From contig CM060731.1 in assembly GCA_030704615.1 (NCBI GenBank), positions 23,312,001 through 23,376,000 on the forward strand: a stretch of DNA of 64,000 nucleotides, written 5' to 3'. The translations under genes and the position numbers were made by a program. Shown here one piece after another: positions 13,500-25,894 of this stretch. A model generated the notes under the pieces. That model had not been told where the DNA came from. It searched no databases and worked only from the letters and a program-made list of their open reading frames with translations. How positions within the stretch are numbered: position 1 is the stretch's first letter; each line of letters opens with the position of its first letter. The DNA is from Takakia lepidozioides. Its lineage: Eukaryota; Plantae; Bryophyta.

Positions 13500-14214
13500 A
13501 GTCTCCAATTGTACATGGGCATTAGTTGGGTTCAATGTCACATCCTCAGTATCCTCCATTAGCTCTGAATGTGTAATCATCTTCTCCCCGTCAACTACAA
13601 CTTCTGGCTTTGGCTCTGGCAACCGGTGCCCATCTTTAAGCCCTGACTGAGAGTCATGGTGCCTAAGAATCTACAAAGACAAACCGGAAGCCCATACTTT
13701 TCGCATTCTTCATTACCTCGTCCTAGATGGCAAAAATCTCAGAAAGTCCTCCGGAGATATCCAGTACTGTAGAAGCACATGTATCCCCTCAGGCATTGAG
13801 ACCACTTCTCCATGAGAGAATCCCTCCAACCTATGGGGACAACATCCCAATAGTCGAAGGTTTGGATTTACTTTGGGCGGTGTGTACAACATCCAATATT
13901 GTTTGCATGTGTTTTCCGCCATCCTCTTTCCGCTCCTTGATACAGAGAATGTTGTCCACTCTAGTCAGAATCTTGGATGACTTCTGAACCCGTCAAGATG
14001 ATTGGCCTTCTTCCACATGGCTACACACACTGTGCAACGCTCCGACTGTCTCAGGAATCGGAGGCGCATCCGCAACTCCACCATAGCTCCTTTTCGTCCT
14101 CTTTCCAGTTCCCAAACAAGGCCTTCATCGTCTTCCACACAGTTGTAGACTGATCTGAACTCCTGCGGAACCACTTCCTCAGTTGGACTCACGGTTTGTG
14201 AGCGCCTCCGGCAT
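13500..14214 (-). pseudogene. SPT16: Decayed fragment of FACT subunit SPT16 N-terminal region (copy 1)
   Basis: Broken frames give KALFGNWKEDEKELW, KKANHLD, IKERKEDGGKHMQTILD, LDISGGLSEIFAI*DE and EVVVDGEKMITHSELMEDTED, collinear with plant SPT16 as recalled. Confidence 0.8.
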
Positions 14215-14622
14215 CGAAGCTCAACAGCCAGCAAATAGCTCTCAGTTGTATTATAAATAAATTGATTCTCGCAAACAGCTCCGTTGGTGACAATGGGTTG
14301 AAAACCTAGCCCAAGTCCCCCTTGTGTGTGAAGGAAGAAATTTATAGGATGCTTTCAAATTGCCTTCGTGTGTTGTTGCAGCTTCCGCTGGAGGCACAGC
14401 CGCATCTTTCTCCCTGTCCGCAACGAAGCTGGCTATGGGTGCAAGGGAATCCTTGCTAGCAACAACAAGAGACTTTGAGGATAGGGATGGAGACTCTGCA
14501 GTACCTTGGCTGCTTATGTTCCCCATGTGGGATGGCCCTCTCACGCGAGCAGCAGATGCAGCACACAGCACCCAATTCAGAGGCCTACACACTGGATGCA
14601 CGCCGCCACAACAAACGCACCT

Positions 14623-15061
14623 TGATCAGCCCCCGGGGCTTTAAGCACTTTAAGGCTCTGGAGGGCATCCTGTAATTCCATCAATTTGAAAGGCACATTG
14701 AGAGAGTTAGATTGTTCTGGCGAGAGTAGGGGGGGGGATCATACTGCACACCACATCTCTAGCATTCAGGGAGGCAAGAGAATCAGGCTCTGAAGAAAAA
14801 AGAGCTGAAAAATAATCTCTAGCAATGGAAGAAAGCAACTTTGGGTGAGAGCGAGGGACCATGGACTTGTCATATAAACAACTGATTCCCTGACCAACCA
14901 TCCTTTGTCGGGCTTTAAGAAAAAAATAACGGTTCATTTTTTCACCTTTCAACGACCAATTGATCCTAGCCTTCATTCTCATGAGCGGTCCTTAGAAAGG
15001 TGCACAGCTGAAAGCTTGGCTTTAGCTTCCATCAAGGAAACAAGAGTTTGAGGCCCCTGCT
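14623..15061 (-). mobile_element. LINE ORF2 segment 3' of the CACTA insertion, truncated at the start of the RT domain
   Basis: Encodes ARINWSLKGEKMNRYFF, YFSALFSSE and LNVPFKLMELQDALQSLKVLKAPGAD. It continues the frame broken at 21451. Confidence 0.85.
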
Positions 15062-16344
15062 CACTAGGAGAGAAACCGGCTTTTTCCACAGTTCTGTCAT
15101 CTCACACCTGGCACATTCCACGGCTTTTATCACGGGTCTGTACACTGAGCCAAGGTGTGGGTCTAAATATGCCCTAACTGTGGGGTGTCTCACATGTGGT
15201 CCACACCCCAAACAGCCATGAGCGTGGCAGGGGTTGGCTTAATTTACATGGCATGTTACACACCTTTGTGAAATGGGAACATACAATTATTTCCACTGAT
15301 TGTGGTGTATGGGGAGTTTGAGAATGATGCCCTTGGAAAATGATTATGAACTTCATGTTCATGTTTAGAAATCTGCACGATGGTACTAGCAAGTGAAGAA
15401 TACACCCCATTTTCAATCTCTACATTATGAAGTCTATAATGCCCTTGGTGAAATGAGCATGGGGATCGCATTCAAAGGTGGCCCCGTTCCGTTGCAACCT
15501 ATGACACAACTAAGACAAATAGGCATAGGCATGATTTACACTTTTTGCCACAAATCACTTGCATCATCCTTACATTGAACTCCTTGTTTATGTGACATGC
15601 TTGGACTTTGTCATCTCACACATCAAAGAAAAAACCAGAATATTTCGAAAAAATCCTAACCTAAAAATCCTAACCTAAATTTACTAATAAGTGTTCAAAC
15701 CAGCCCAATGGTAATATATTTTATTACCATTATCAAATGTTTGTCTACGTGGTGTTTTGGTTTTCTAGACAAGTCTAATAGCAGGACTTTAGCCTCTGAC
15801 CTAGAATGAATCAAAGTGCAAAAGGTTAAAAAATCAAAAAGTTGCTAAAAAGGTTGCCCATTAGGTTTAAAAAAGTTAAAAAGTTGCTAATAAGGTTGCC
15901 CACTAGGGTAATCGTGAACACAGAGGAGGGCTGGGACTTGGCGTTTTTTTTTGGTTCCCTACGCCACATTATGTAGCCGAGGGATGGAACGCGATGATCG
16001 CAGGATATGCAGGGGCGGGGGATGGAGGCGTTGAGCAAATGATGCAGGAAGGAGGAGAGGAGGAGGAGATGAGAGGAGGAGAAGCTCGCAACATTCTTGC
16101 GAGCTTGCCGTTCTTGGGAGAGTTAGCTTGGTCATAGCAGGCCGTGTTTCAATCTATGCCTACTCAGCTACACCGTGGTGGTTCGATCTCACAGACCAAT
16201 CCGACATTACCTGACTACAGACACAAGTAGCACACTCAAGAGGTCTTTTTGGGTTGATGGTCGGTCAAGTCATGACACAACCTCAAGGACAATGTGGTGA
16301 GGGCATCTTCTTCTTTGCCGTATTTCAACCTGTTTTGCCCTCTC

Positions 16345-19300
16345 ACATCATGTTTGTGTGCATTGCAATGCTTGTGCAACCCTGGCAACCCTTGAGAAGG
16401 GCAAAGAGGTGCATGGGGATATCATCAAAGCTGGAATTGTACCTAATGTCATTCTAAATACTGCCTTGGCAGCTCTAGAAAAGGGGAAGGAGGTCCGTGG
16501 TGACATCTTCAGAGCTGGAATTGTACCAAATGTCATTTTGAACAATACCCTAGTGGACATGTATGCAAAATGTGGGTGCATCGGGGATGCAAAGGGAGTG
16601 TTCAACACTATGGCTGAACGAGATGTGGTGTCATGGAGTGCAATGCTGGTATGCACAGCAGGGACGTGGGATGGAGGCTTTGGAGACCTATGAGCAAATG
16701 ATGGGGGAAGGGGTCCAGCCTGGCCACATTATGTTTGTATGCATTGCAGGCCTGACAGCCCTGGAGAAGGGCAAAGAGGTGCATGGGGATATCATCAAAG
16801 CTGGAATTGTACCTAATGTCATTCGAAACACTGCCCTGGCAGTTCCATGGTGACACCTTCAGAGCTGGAATTGTACCAAATGTCATTTTGAACAATACCC
16901 TCGTGGACATGTATGCAAAATGTGGGTGCATCGAGGATGCAAAGGGAGTGTTCAACACTATGGCTGAACAAAATGTGGTGTCGTGGAGTGCGATGCTTGC
17001 AGGGTATGCAAAGCAGGGACATGGGATGGAGGCTTTGGAGACCTATGAGCAACTGATGGGGGAAGGGGTCGAGCCCGGCCACATCATGTTTGTATGCATT
17101 GCAGGCCTGGCAGCCCTAGAGAAGGGCAAAGAGGTGCATGGGAATATCATAAAAGCTGGAATTGTACTGCCTTGGCAGCTCTGGAAAAAGGGAAGGAGGT
17201 CTAGGGTGACATCTTCAGAGCTGGAATTGTACCAAATGTCATTTTGAACAATACCCTAGTGGATATGTAGGCAAAATGTGGGTGCATCGGGGATGCAAAA
17301 GGGAGTGTTCAACTCTATGGCTGAACGAGATGTGGTGTCGTGGAGTGCGATGCTTGTAGGGTATGCACAACAGGGACGTGGGATGGAGGCTTTGGAGACC
17401 TATGAGCAAATGATGGGGGAAGGGGTCCAGCCCAGCCACATCATGTTTGTATGCATTGTAGGCCTGGCAACCCTGGAGAAGGGTAAAGAGGTGCATGGGG
17501 ATATCATCAAAGCTGGAATTGTACCTAATGTCATTTGAAACACTGCCCCGGCAGTTTCATGGTGACACCTTCAGAGCTGGAATTGTACCAAATGTCATTT
17601 TGAACAATACCCTCGTGGACATGTATGCAAAATGTGGGTGCATCAAGGATGCAAAGGGAGTGTTCAACACTATGGCTGAACGAAATGTGGTGTCGTGGAG
17701 TGCGATGCTTGCAGGGTATGCAAAGCAGGGACATGGGATGGGGGCTTTGGAGACCTATGAGCAACTGATGGGGGAAGGGGTCGAGCCCGGCCACATCATG
17801 TTTGTATGCATTGTAGGCCTGCCAGCCCTGGAGAAGGGCAAAGAGGTGCATGGGGATATCATCAAAGCTGGAATTGTACTGCCCTGGCAGCTCTGGAAAA
17901 AGGGAAGGAGGTCCAGGGTGACACCTTCAGAGCTGGAATTGTACCAAATGTCATTTTGAACAATACCCTAGTGGATATGTAGGCAAAATGTGGGTTCCTC
18001 GGGGATGCAAAAGGGAGTGTTCAACACTATGGCAGAACGAGATGTGGTGTCGTGGAGTGCAATGCTTGTAGGGTATGCACAACAGGGACGTGGGATGGAG
18101 GCTTTGGAGACCTATGAGCAAATGATGGGGGAAGGGGTCCAGCCCAGCCACATCATGTTTGTATGCATTGTAGGCCTGGCAGCCCTAGAGAAGGGTAAAG
18201 AGGTGCATGGGGATATCATCAAAGCTGGAATTGTACCTAATGTCATTGGAAACACTGCCCTGGCAGCTCTGGAAAAGGGGAAGGAGGTCCGTGGTGACAT
18301 CTTCAGAGCTGGAATTGTACCAAATGTCATTCTGAACAATACCTTAGTGGACACGTATGCAAAATGTGGGTGCATCGGGGATGCAAAGGGAGTGTTCAAC
18401 ACTATGGCTAAACGAGATGTGTTGTCGTGGAGTGCGATGCTTACAGGGTATGCACAACAGGGACGTGGGATGGAGGCTTTGGAGACCTATGAGCAACTGA
18501 AGGGGGAAGGGGTCCAGCCCGGCCACATCATGTTTGTATGCATTGCAAGCCTGACAACCCTGGAGAAGGGCAAAGAGGTGCATGGGGATATCATCAAAGC
18601 TGGAATTGTACCAAATGTCATTTTGAACAATACCCTAGTGGACACGTAGGCAAAATGTGGGTGCATCGGGGATGCAAAGGGAGTGTTCAACACTATGGCT
18701 GAATGAGATGTGGTGTCGTGGAGTGCGATGCTTGTAGGGTATGCACAACAGGGACGTGGGATGGAGGCTTTGGAGACCTATGAGCAAATGATGGGGGAAG
18801 GGGTTTAGCCCGGCCACATCATGTTTGTATGCATTGCAAGCCTGACAACCCTGGAGAAGGGCAAAGAGGTGCATGGGGATATCATCAAAGCTGGAATTGT
18901 ACCAAATGTCATTTTGAACAATACCCTAGTGGACACGTAGGCAAAATGTGGGTGCATCGGGGATGCAAAGGGAGTGTTCAACACTATGGCTAAATGAGAT
19001 GTGGTGTCGTGGAGTGCGATGCTTGTAGGGTATGCACAACAGGGACGTGGGATGGAGGCTTTGAAGACCTATGAGCAAATGATGGGGGAAGGGGTTCAGC
19101 CCGGCCACATCATGTTTGTATGCATTGCAGGCTTGGCAGCCCTGGAGAAGGGCAAATAGGTGCATGGGGATATCATCAAAGCTGGAATTGTACCTAATGT
19201 CATTGGAAACACTACCCTGGCAGCTCTGGAAAAGGGGAAGGAGGTCCATGGTGACACCTTCAGAGCTGGAATTGTACCAAATGTCATTTTGAACAATACC

Positions 19301-20040
19301 CTAGTGGACATGTAGGCAAAATGTGGGTGCATCGGGGATGCAAAGGGAGTGTTCAACACTATGGCTGAACGAGATGTGGTGTCGTGGAGTGTGATGCTTG
19401 CAGGGTATGCACAGCAGGGACGTGGGATGGAGGCTTTGGAGACCCTCTTCTGGGCATGTGAAGATGCTTTGTGAGGCAGACAGACTGAAAGAGGCTCTAC
19501 AACCTTTAAACCAATGAGCATTTCAGTCACATTATCCAAAGTGGGTTCACACCAAGTGTTTTTCTCCTCAACCCCCTTGTGAACATGTATGTTAAGTGCA
19601 GGAGCATCATGAATGCACACCGAGTGTTCAACGGAACGCCTCAACGAACTTTGATCACGTTGAATATAATGTTGGCAGGATTTAACATGGGTGTGGTAGG
19701 AATGCTTTGGAGATCTATGAGCAACTGCTGCGCGAAGGGGTGAAGCCCAACCACATCACATTTGTTTGTAATGCATGTGCAAGCCTGGGAGCTCTGGAAA
19801 AGGGCAAAGAGGTCCATGGTGACATCGTCAAATCTGGAATTGTACCCAATGTCATTCTGAACACTGCCCTGGTGGACTGCATGTATGCCAAATGTGGGTG
19901 CATCGAGGATGCAAAGGAAGTGTTTGACAGTATGGCTGAACGAGATGTGGTGTCGTGGAGTGCGATGATTGCAGGATATGCACATCAAGGGCGCGGATGG
20001 AGGCTTTGGAAACCTATGAGCAATGATGCGGGAAGGGGTG
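16345..20040 (+). pseudogene. Tandemly amplified PLS-PPR pseudogene array inside the CACTA element
   Basis: 291-bp units (18344/18635/18926) and a 712-bp higher-order repeat (16783/17495) encode VILNNTLVDMYAKCGCIEDA..VVSWSAML. There are many stops and frameshifts, and most units share a 12-nt deletion in the L motif. Confidence 0.92.
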
Positions 20041-20840
20041 ATTCCCCGTGGAAAAATAGCTCCAAGAAACCTGCATGGGTAGATGGTCAACTGGAAGCCG
20101 CAGCAGCAGCGGCACAATTGATAAAATCAGGCAATGCTAATCAAGGCACAACCCATTTCACTCTGTTTTCCCCTCTTATCAGAATCACCCTAAATTTTCA
20201 TGTTTTAAGAATTCTCTGCAAGTTAGGTGGTTGAGTGAACCTTTGATAGTTTGGAGTGACTTTGACATGATACTGCCAAAGTGACAATAGAAAAGTATCC
20301 AGAAATAGGTAACAGAGAGGAGAAGCTGTGGAATGAATACTTTTCTGACCCCAGTCAATGTTGGGACAACCGTCTTGGAAGGTAAATGCCTTTGGATTAC
20401 ATAGTGGTAGATGCAATTGAGAATCAAAACTGGTGTGATAAGTTGAGTTGGGTGTTTGCTGGAACAAATCTAGGCTGCCATTGTCAGTTGCTAACAGTAA
20501 TGCAAGGATGTATGCATGATCTGTGCAGAGGTATGGATAGCTGAAGGAGCAAGGATAGAGTGTCATCCAAGATGGCCAGATTTCAAGCTCCAGATTACTT
20601 ATGATTCCCTGTGGAGGGTTAGCTACAAGAAACCTGCATGGGTAGATGGTACATAGTTTGGAGTGATTTTGACATGATACTGCCAAAGTGACAATAGGAA
20701 AGTATCCAGAAACATGTAACAGAGATGAGGAGAGGCTGTGGAATGAACGCTTTTCTGACCGCAGTCAAGGGTGGGACAACCGAGAGAAAAAGGTGAATGT
20801 CTATTAGATTACAGAGAGTAGGAGACGCAACTCAGCATAG
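20040..20840 (+). pseudogene. Captured PDF-motif exons and introns inside the CACTA element
   Basis: KKPAWVDGQLEAAAAAAQLIKSG, LWNEYFSDPSQCWDNR and PDFKLQIT segments plus intervening intron sequence match the reverse complement of 48700-49700. Confidence 0.88.
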
Positions 20841-21450
20841 ACACTAAGGCAAACTCTCCTTCCCTGCAAAGGGCGTGTTTTGGTATCTGAGCGAATAAAT
20901 ATAATTTCTAAAAACATAATTTCAATATTTTGTTATTTAATAATGTTCTCATCCAGGCCACTGTCCATTTTTCCTATAATAATAATAATAATAATAACAA
21001 TAACAATAAATTAAATCCGTTAATATTCAAACTTAATATTGGAAAGCAAATAATAATTAATTAATGTGTACCACCACACAGGAACGAATACGTGTTGCAT
21101 AGTGACTTGTCGAAGGTGTGAAATATGACACGTGTCGCATAGTGGCTTGTTCAAGGTGTGAAATCCGCTGTGAAACATGCCACACTGGCCTTTTTCACAC
21201 TTTGCCATGTCAGCTATGCCATCGGCCATGTCACCATGCACCCCGTGAAAAAAACCCACCCATGGAAAAAGCCTCGTGTGGAAAAAGCCACCCGTGGACT
21301 TTTCCATAGGGCCACCCGAGAGCCAAGCCGTCCACGGGGTGTCCGAAAGCACTACTCGTTCCTTACACCCACGGCAGGTGTGGACTGTGGCTGATTCCAC
21401 AGCAAAAAATGTGGAAAAAACCGTGGAAAAAGCCGGTTTCTCTTCTAGTG

Positions 21451-24400
21451 GCTGCTGCCCTCTTTCTAACCACTTTTGGCAAACCTTCAAGCACTTAATA
21501 AGGCCCCGCTCATATCTGCTATTTTTCAGGGCAGAATCCCTGGCTAAACTGAGGCCCAACAAACGACATTTATCCAACTTATTGAGAAAAGATAAGGTCG
21601 GTGAGAGAAAGGGGGAAGTGGAAGACGACCAACACAATTTGAGAGCATCTAGACTAGACTGATCAGAAAGAATACTGATGTTCATCCTGCAAAGCCCCCA
21701 GCCCCGGGCCCTAGGTCCAGGAGACGAAGTCGCGCCGAGATCTCTGCATGATCAAAGTTTGCGAGGACAGGACCCATAGGCAAGTATCGGAACCAAGAGA
21801 CAAGGGAAGAAGAAATAAATGCGGTCGAGCCTTGCCATGCACAGACCCGGCGGAGCCCGATTGTTGGTCCAAGAGAAGGCTGTAGAAAGGGGAAAGGCAT
21901 AGCTGTCTGCAAGGCCACACATAGAATAAGTGCCTCCCATTCAGAAGCCTCTGCCGAGGCAAGGCCAGAATCATGAGCCCCCATCCTATCCTCAAGGACA
22001 CTGTACGCATCAACCCGCATCATTGAATCCCTTAAGGACTCCAAGTCACGCAAGAAGAGACAAAGGGAAGAATAGATAGGCTGACCAGGCAAGCTGTGCC
22101 TCCCCGGGAGCCCGCATAGGTGGGGTTCCACCAAGCAGCCTGGTGAGGCCATAGCTGATTCCCAAGACCGTTTATTTTAAGCGAGTTCAACTTATGTTCG
22201 TGTAAAAAGATAATTGAGGGAGGGGAAAGTAAGGAAAGAAGCCATCTTTTAACTCTGGTTCGTTTGGGAACAGAGGGATTAGATCCAATCCCTCTTATGT
22301 TCCAAGAGTGAATATTAAAGTTCATGGAGGGTGAGCAGGCTCCAGGCTCAAGGGATCTCCTTGAATAGATGGCCTGTATATTTGGGCACAAAATTTAGTT
22401 CGCTTGTCATGAGGGGGAAGAATTGAGACCCAATGAAAGAGCGGAGAGCAAATCAGGTCACTATGAGAGATTTGCATGAAACCCACCCAAGATGGTCCAG
22501 CCTTAGCCCGCAGGCAGGGAGAGACACTGAATTGTCGTCTACTCCTTAAGGCAAAGGAGATCTGGGAGCCAGCAACATGAAAACCGAGGAGAAGAGAAAG
22601 GTCGAAGGCCACTAGCTCTCCTCTTTTTAGATCCTGTAGAGAGAGCTGTAAAGCAGGAAGGCTTCGAGGGGATTTCACAGCCATCAGGGCCAGACCTCTA
22701 CCTAAGGACGGAGGAGCATAGATGAAAAATGGGACAGTGAGAGGGATATCCGGAGAACCCCAACATAGACCAGATTTTCCAGGGACAATGTTGCAGACTT
22801 CTTTTGAGAGACGATGAGCTCCATCACAAGAAAGAGTTAGTGGGGAGGCAATTACCAGGGGAGGCGAGGGCCCAAAAGTTACCAGAGCTTGGGGAGAACC
22901 CCTTGGGGAGAACCCCTTGGGGTCGGGGGACAATCTGCCAGGGGGAGAATGAAATCATAATCCCCTTGAGAGCTCCTCACCACATCCCCCTCTTCAGAGA
23001 GGACTTGCTTACCCTTCAGGGAAGGCCGTAACAACTCCTTTTTTAGATTGAATGGCTTGAATAATCAAACACCCTGCCACCAACGCCGATGTGGCCGTAT
23101 CGTGTTCTGTAGAGTCCATGCAAGCTCCGAAATCAACTGGAATTTTGCCCCCCTTTGACCAGTTATCGTCTGTCAAAACATCCTTATTTCTAAGACAACA
23201 AGCACCTAAATAGTGGAGAAGGAAGAATGCTTACTGTTGTCTAATAGGAAAGAATCAAAATGGGCCTGAGAGCCGGACTGCAAAGACAAGTATGACACTT
23301 CAGACAAAAACAAGGACTGAGTCTTCGAGTAATCCCATCAACCTGATATAGGTAGTAGATAAATAAAGACTATTGATCGATCGATGTAAAAAATTTATTT
23401 GTTGTAGGCATGGCAGATCATGCAAAGTTGTTCCCATTAAACACAACAACCGTGATGAAGGGGCATACCAACGAGGGCAGTTTAATCACTTTTGGGACAG
23501 AGGCCGCCTCTGGCATGAGAACCACGATTCTTGGAGCTCATGTTTCACCAATACGACTGATGTTCGTCAAAGGACCCCAACCTGTTAATGCGGCAATCGT
23601 GGCATTACTCGCTTCCGGGTCGAAAACGCTTAGGCAACCAAGGTAGTCACCGAAACCAGCTCCGATTTCAGGAAGAGATGCCAGATACTGACAAGGAAGA
23701 TATGGCAACGCAATGATACGGGGGCGGCAAGTCACCCCATTCTTGTGTCCCCAATCCTGGGACCAGGGAAAAATGTGCACCTTATGCCTGGAAAGATGAG
23801 GGTTAAAGGCCAGAGCCCTTGCCGTCGCAGCCTGAGATTCAAACATAACGGCAAAGAAGCCCCTACCCATAGGCAGACAAAAGAGTTGGCAGATCTGGCC
23901 ACCCCCTCCCAGATGCTCGATGATCCACTCTTGGACCCAGTCACGGTCTTTAAGTTTACCAGGGAAGTGAAGAAGGATACCCCTACTCTGCATCTTACAA
24001 GTTTGCACTCTAACAATCTCATATCGAGCACCCAAACCTTGTCTTCTGCCTCAGCCATGACTGCCGAGTCCGGCCAAATGGCCATGTCCACAGGCTCTGG
24101 AGAAGACAATACTCTGGCTGGCCCTTTACCGAGCAGGGAAGGGAGCGTTGAGGAGGTGTCCTCCGAGGAACCATATTGCGAACTCCAACCACGGCCTCTC
24201 CCCTTGCCTCTGAAAAGAGAACCTCTTTTGCCGCGTCTCCCTGATCCCTCACCAAGGAAAGCCATCGCCACAAGAAAAGGCCTAGAAACCTGGTAGCAGC
24301 AGAACAACCAACGAAGCCAATACTACCTAACCAAGGGGACAAGATATGGAGGAGAAATAGAAGGGGAGCAAGGACTCCAGCCACCACATAAAACTTACGA

Positions 24401-24950
24401 GAAGAACCAAAGGCAGACAGATACAAAACAAGCACAAGACCAGAAGACCGCAAAACAAAACAACCTAGACAAAACAATCAGAGCAGAACCACCAGATAGA
24501 GACAGTGAGAAGATAATGTATGATAAACCACACTAGCAAGGAGATATTCACGATCTTCACTCCACACGAACAAAGGGAACCGAGCACTTCATTGCACAGG
24601 AGAAATAAAGGAGAAGGGCAGGAGCAATGAAGGAGCACGGCGACCAAGGAGAAGCCAGAGCAAAAGAGGATGAGAAGCTGATGACGAGGCCAATCAGCTG
24701 ATGATGGAGCTGGGCGAGAAGATGAGAAGGAAGAAAGTATGAAAGAAAGGCAGAACTACTGCAAGGAGAATCGGAGACAGAATAGCAGGAATTAATATAT
24801 ATAGCCACGGAGTTAAGGGCGGAGAGCATAGAAGAACGATGAGAGAGCAACTAAATCCTCAAGGAGAAGACAATGCGGCATAAAGAGCGACACTCTAACT
24901 CGTATACGCATAGAAGGAGCGAGAATGCGATGGTTGTGGACAGGGTGGGA
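21451..24950 (-). mobile_element. LINE (L1-like) 5' part: degraded ORF1 and ORF2 endonuclease
   Basis: ORF1 starts at ATG 24265 with a DUF4283-like LPMGRGFFAVMFES segment. ORF2 starts near 22325 with SWNIRGIG..IIFLHEHKL, later FSWTN..ARLDRIYF. The 5' boundary is approximate. Confidence 0.85.
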
Positions 24951-25894
24951 AGGAGGTGATGGAGACGGACAAGAAACCGCAGAAAAAGCCAAGTCCCAGA
25001 CGAATACACACTCCGCGCATTGCGGAGCTACATTGCTCCAGTCGCTCGACCTTCTACAAATTAGAGAATGATATATCCTGCGGATCTGGTCATGATACTC
25101 ATACTTATACCAGTATCTAGAAAAATATACATCCACCAAATTATATAGACCAGACTGGTATAAAATATTTGTGATACATCTGGTACCAGGACCAGTCTTG
25201 TGTGTCCTGATCGTGATCCTGATTATTGACGTCATCTACAGTTTTTCACAATGTTTCTCAATTGTGGTTAAGTAGCTTGATTGCACTACACTAGGGCCAA
25301 TATGTGAAGTGGTGTTGAGTTTACATCCTTTAGTGATGTGGTTGCCTTAGGCTTTGAGAAAATCCACGGATTGGATGAATAAGTTGCATGCATGCTAATG
25401 AATCAGGTGGCCGCGGAGGAGGATGTAAAATAAAAGGGTGATTATGCATAGGGAAAAAGGATGAAAACGTTTATCATCAAAACTTGGACAAAAAGACACG
25501 TGGCGAGCAGTTTGGACCCTTCCAATAGTTTCTACCGCTTTGTAGGTATCTTACTAGACATAAAGGAACATTCAAATCACCTGCCAGTTTTTCAGTTTGA
25601 GGCCAAGTAAAAATACAGAAACTGCCACCTATAAATATTCTAGGCGGAATGGTCTGGGCAGATGACAATCTGCCAAGTACGCAGCCCGTTCAAATTTTTT
25701 GGCGGGATAGTACATAATAGTCTGAACTTACTCCCATCACCATGTTTCTCAGCTCAAATAGTCCAATACATGTATGGCTGCAACCGCTCCCATTGTCCAG
25801 AATCATTCCGCTGCTCATACTCCATGCTCCGTTGTCGGATTACAATTTTGCATCATGGCAGGGAAATACCACGGCTTAAGAATCATATGATTTC

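Larger units (their letters stand above)
15062..21450. mobile_element. Non-autonomous Pack-type CACTA element (6389 bp) carrying PPR/PDF gene fragments
   Basis: 32-bp TIRs CACTAG(G/A)AGAGAAACCGGCTTTTTCCAC(A/G)GTT with 2 mismatches. The 3-bp TSD GCT is at 15059-15061 and 21451-21453. Subterminal ccgtggaaaa repeats are present and there is no transposase. Confidence 0.93.

Noticed and set aside
13336-21450. 13336 as the real left end of the inserted CACTA
   Set aside because: Flanks TAT and GCT do not match, whereas 15062 has the GCT TSD and restores LINE continuity.
21020-21685. 221-aa gene
   Set aside because: Chimeric read-through from LINE ORF2 into the CACTA terminal repeats.
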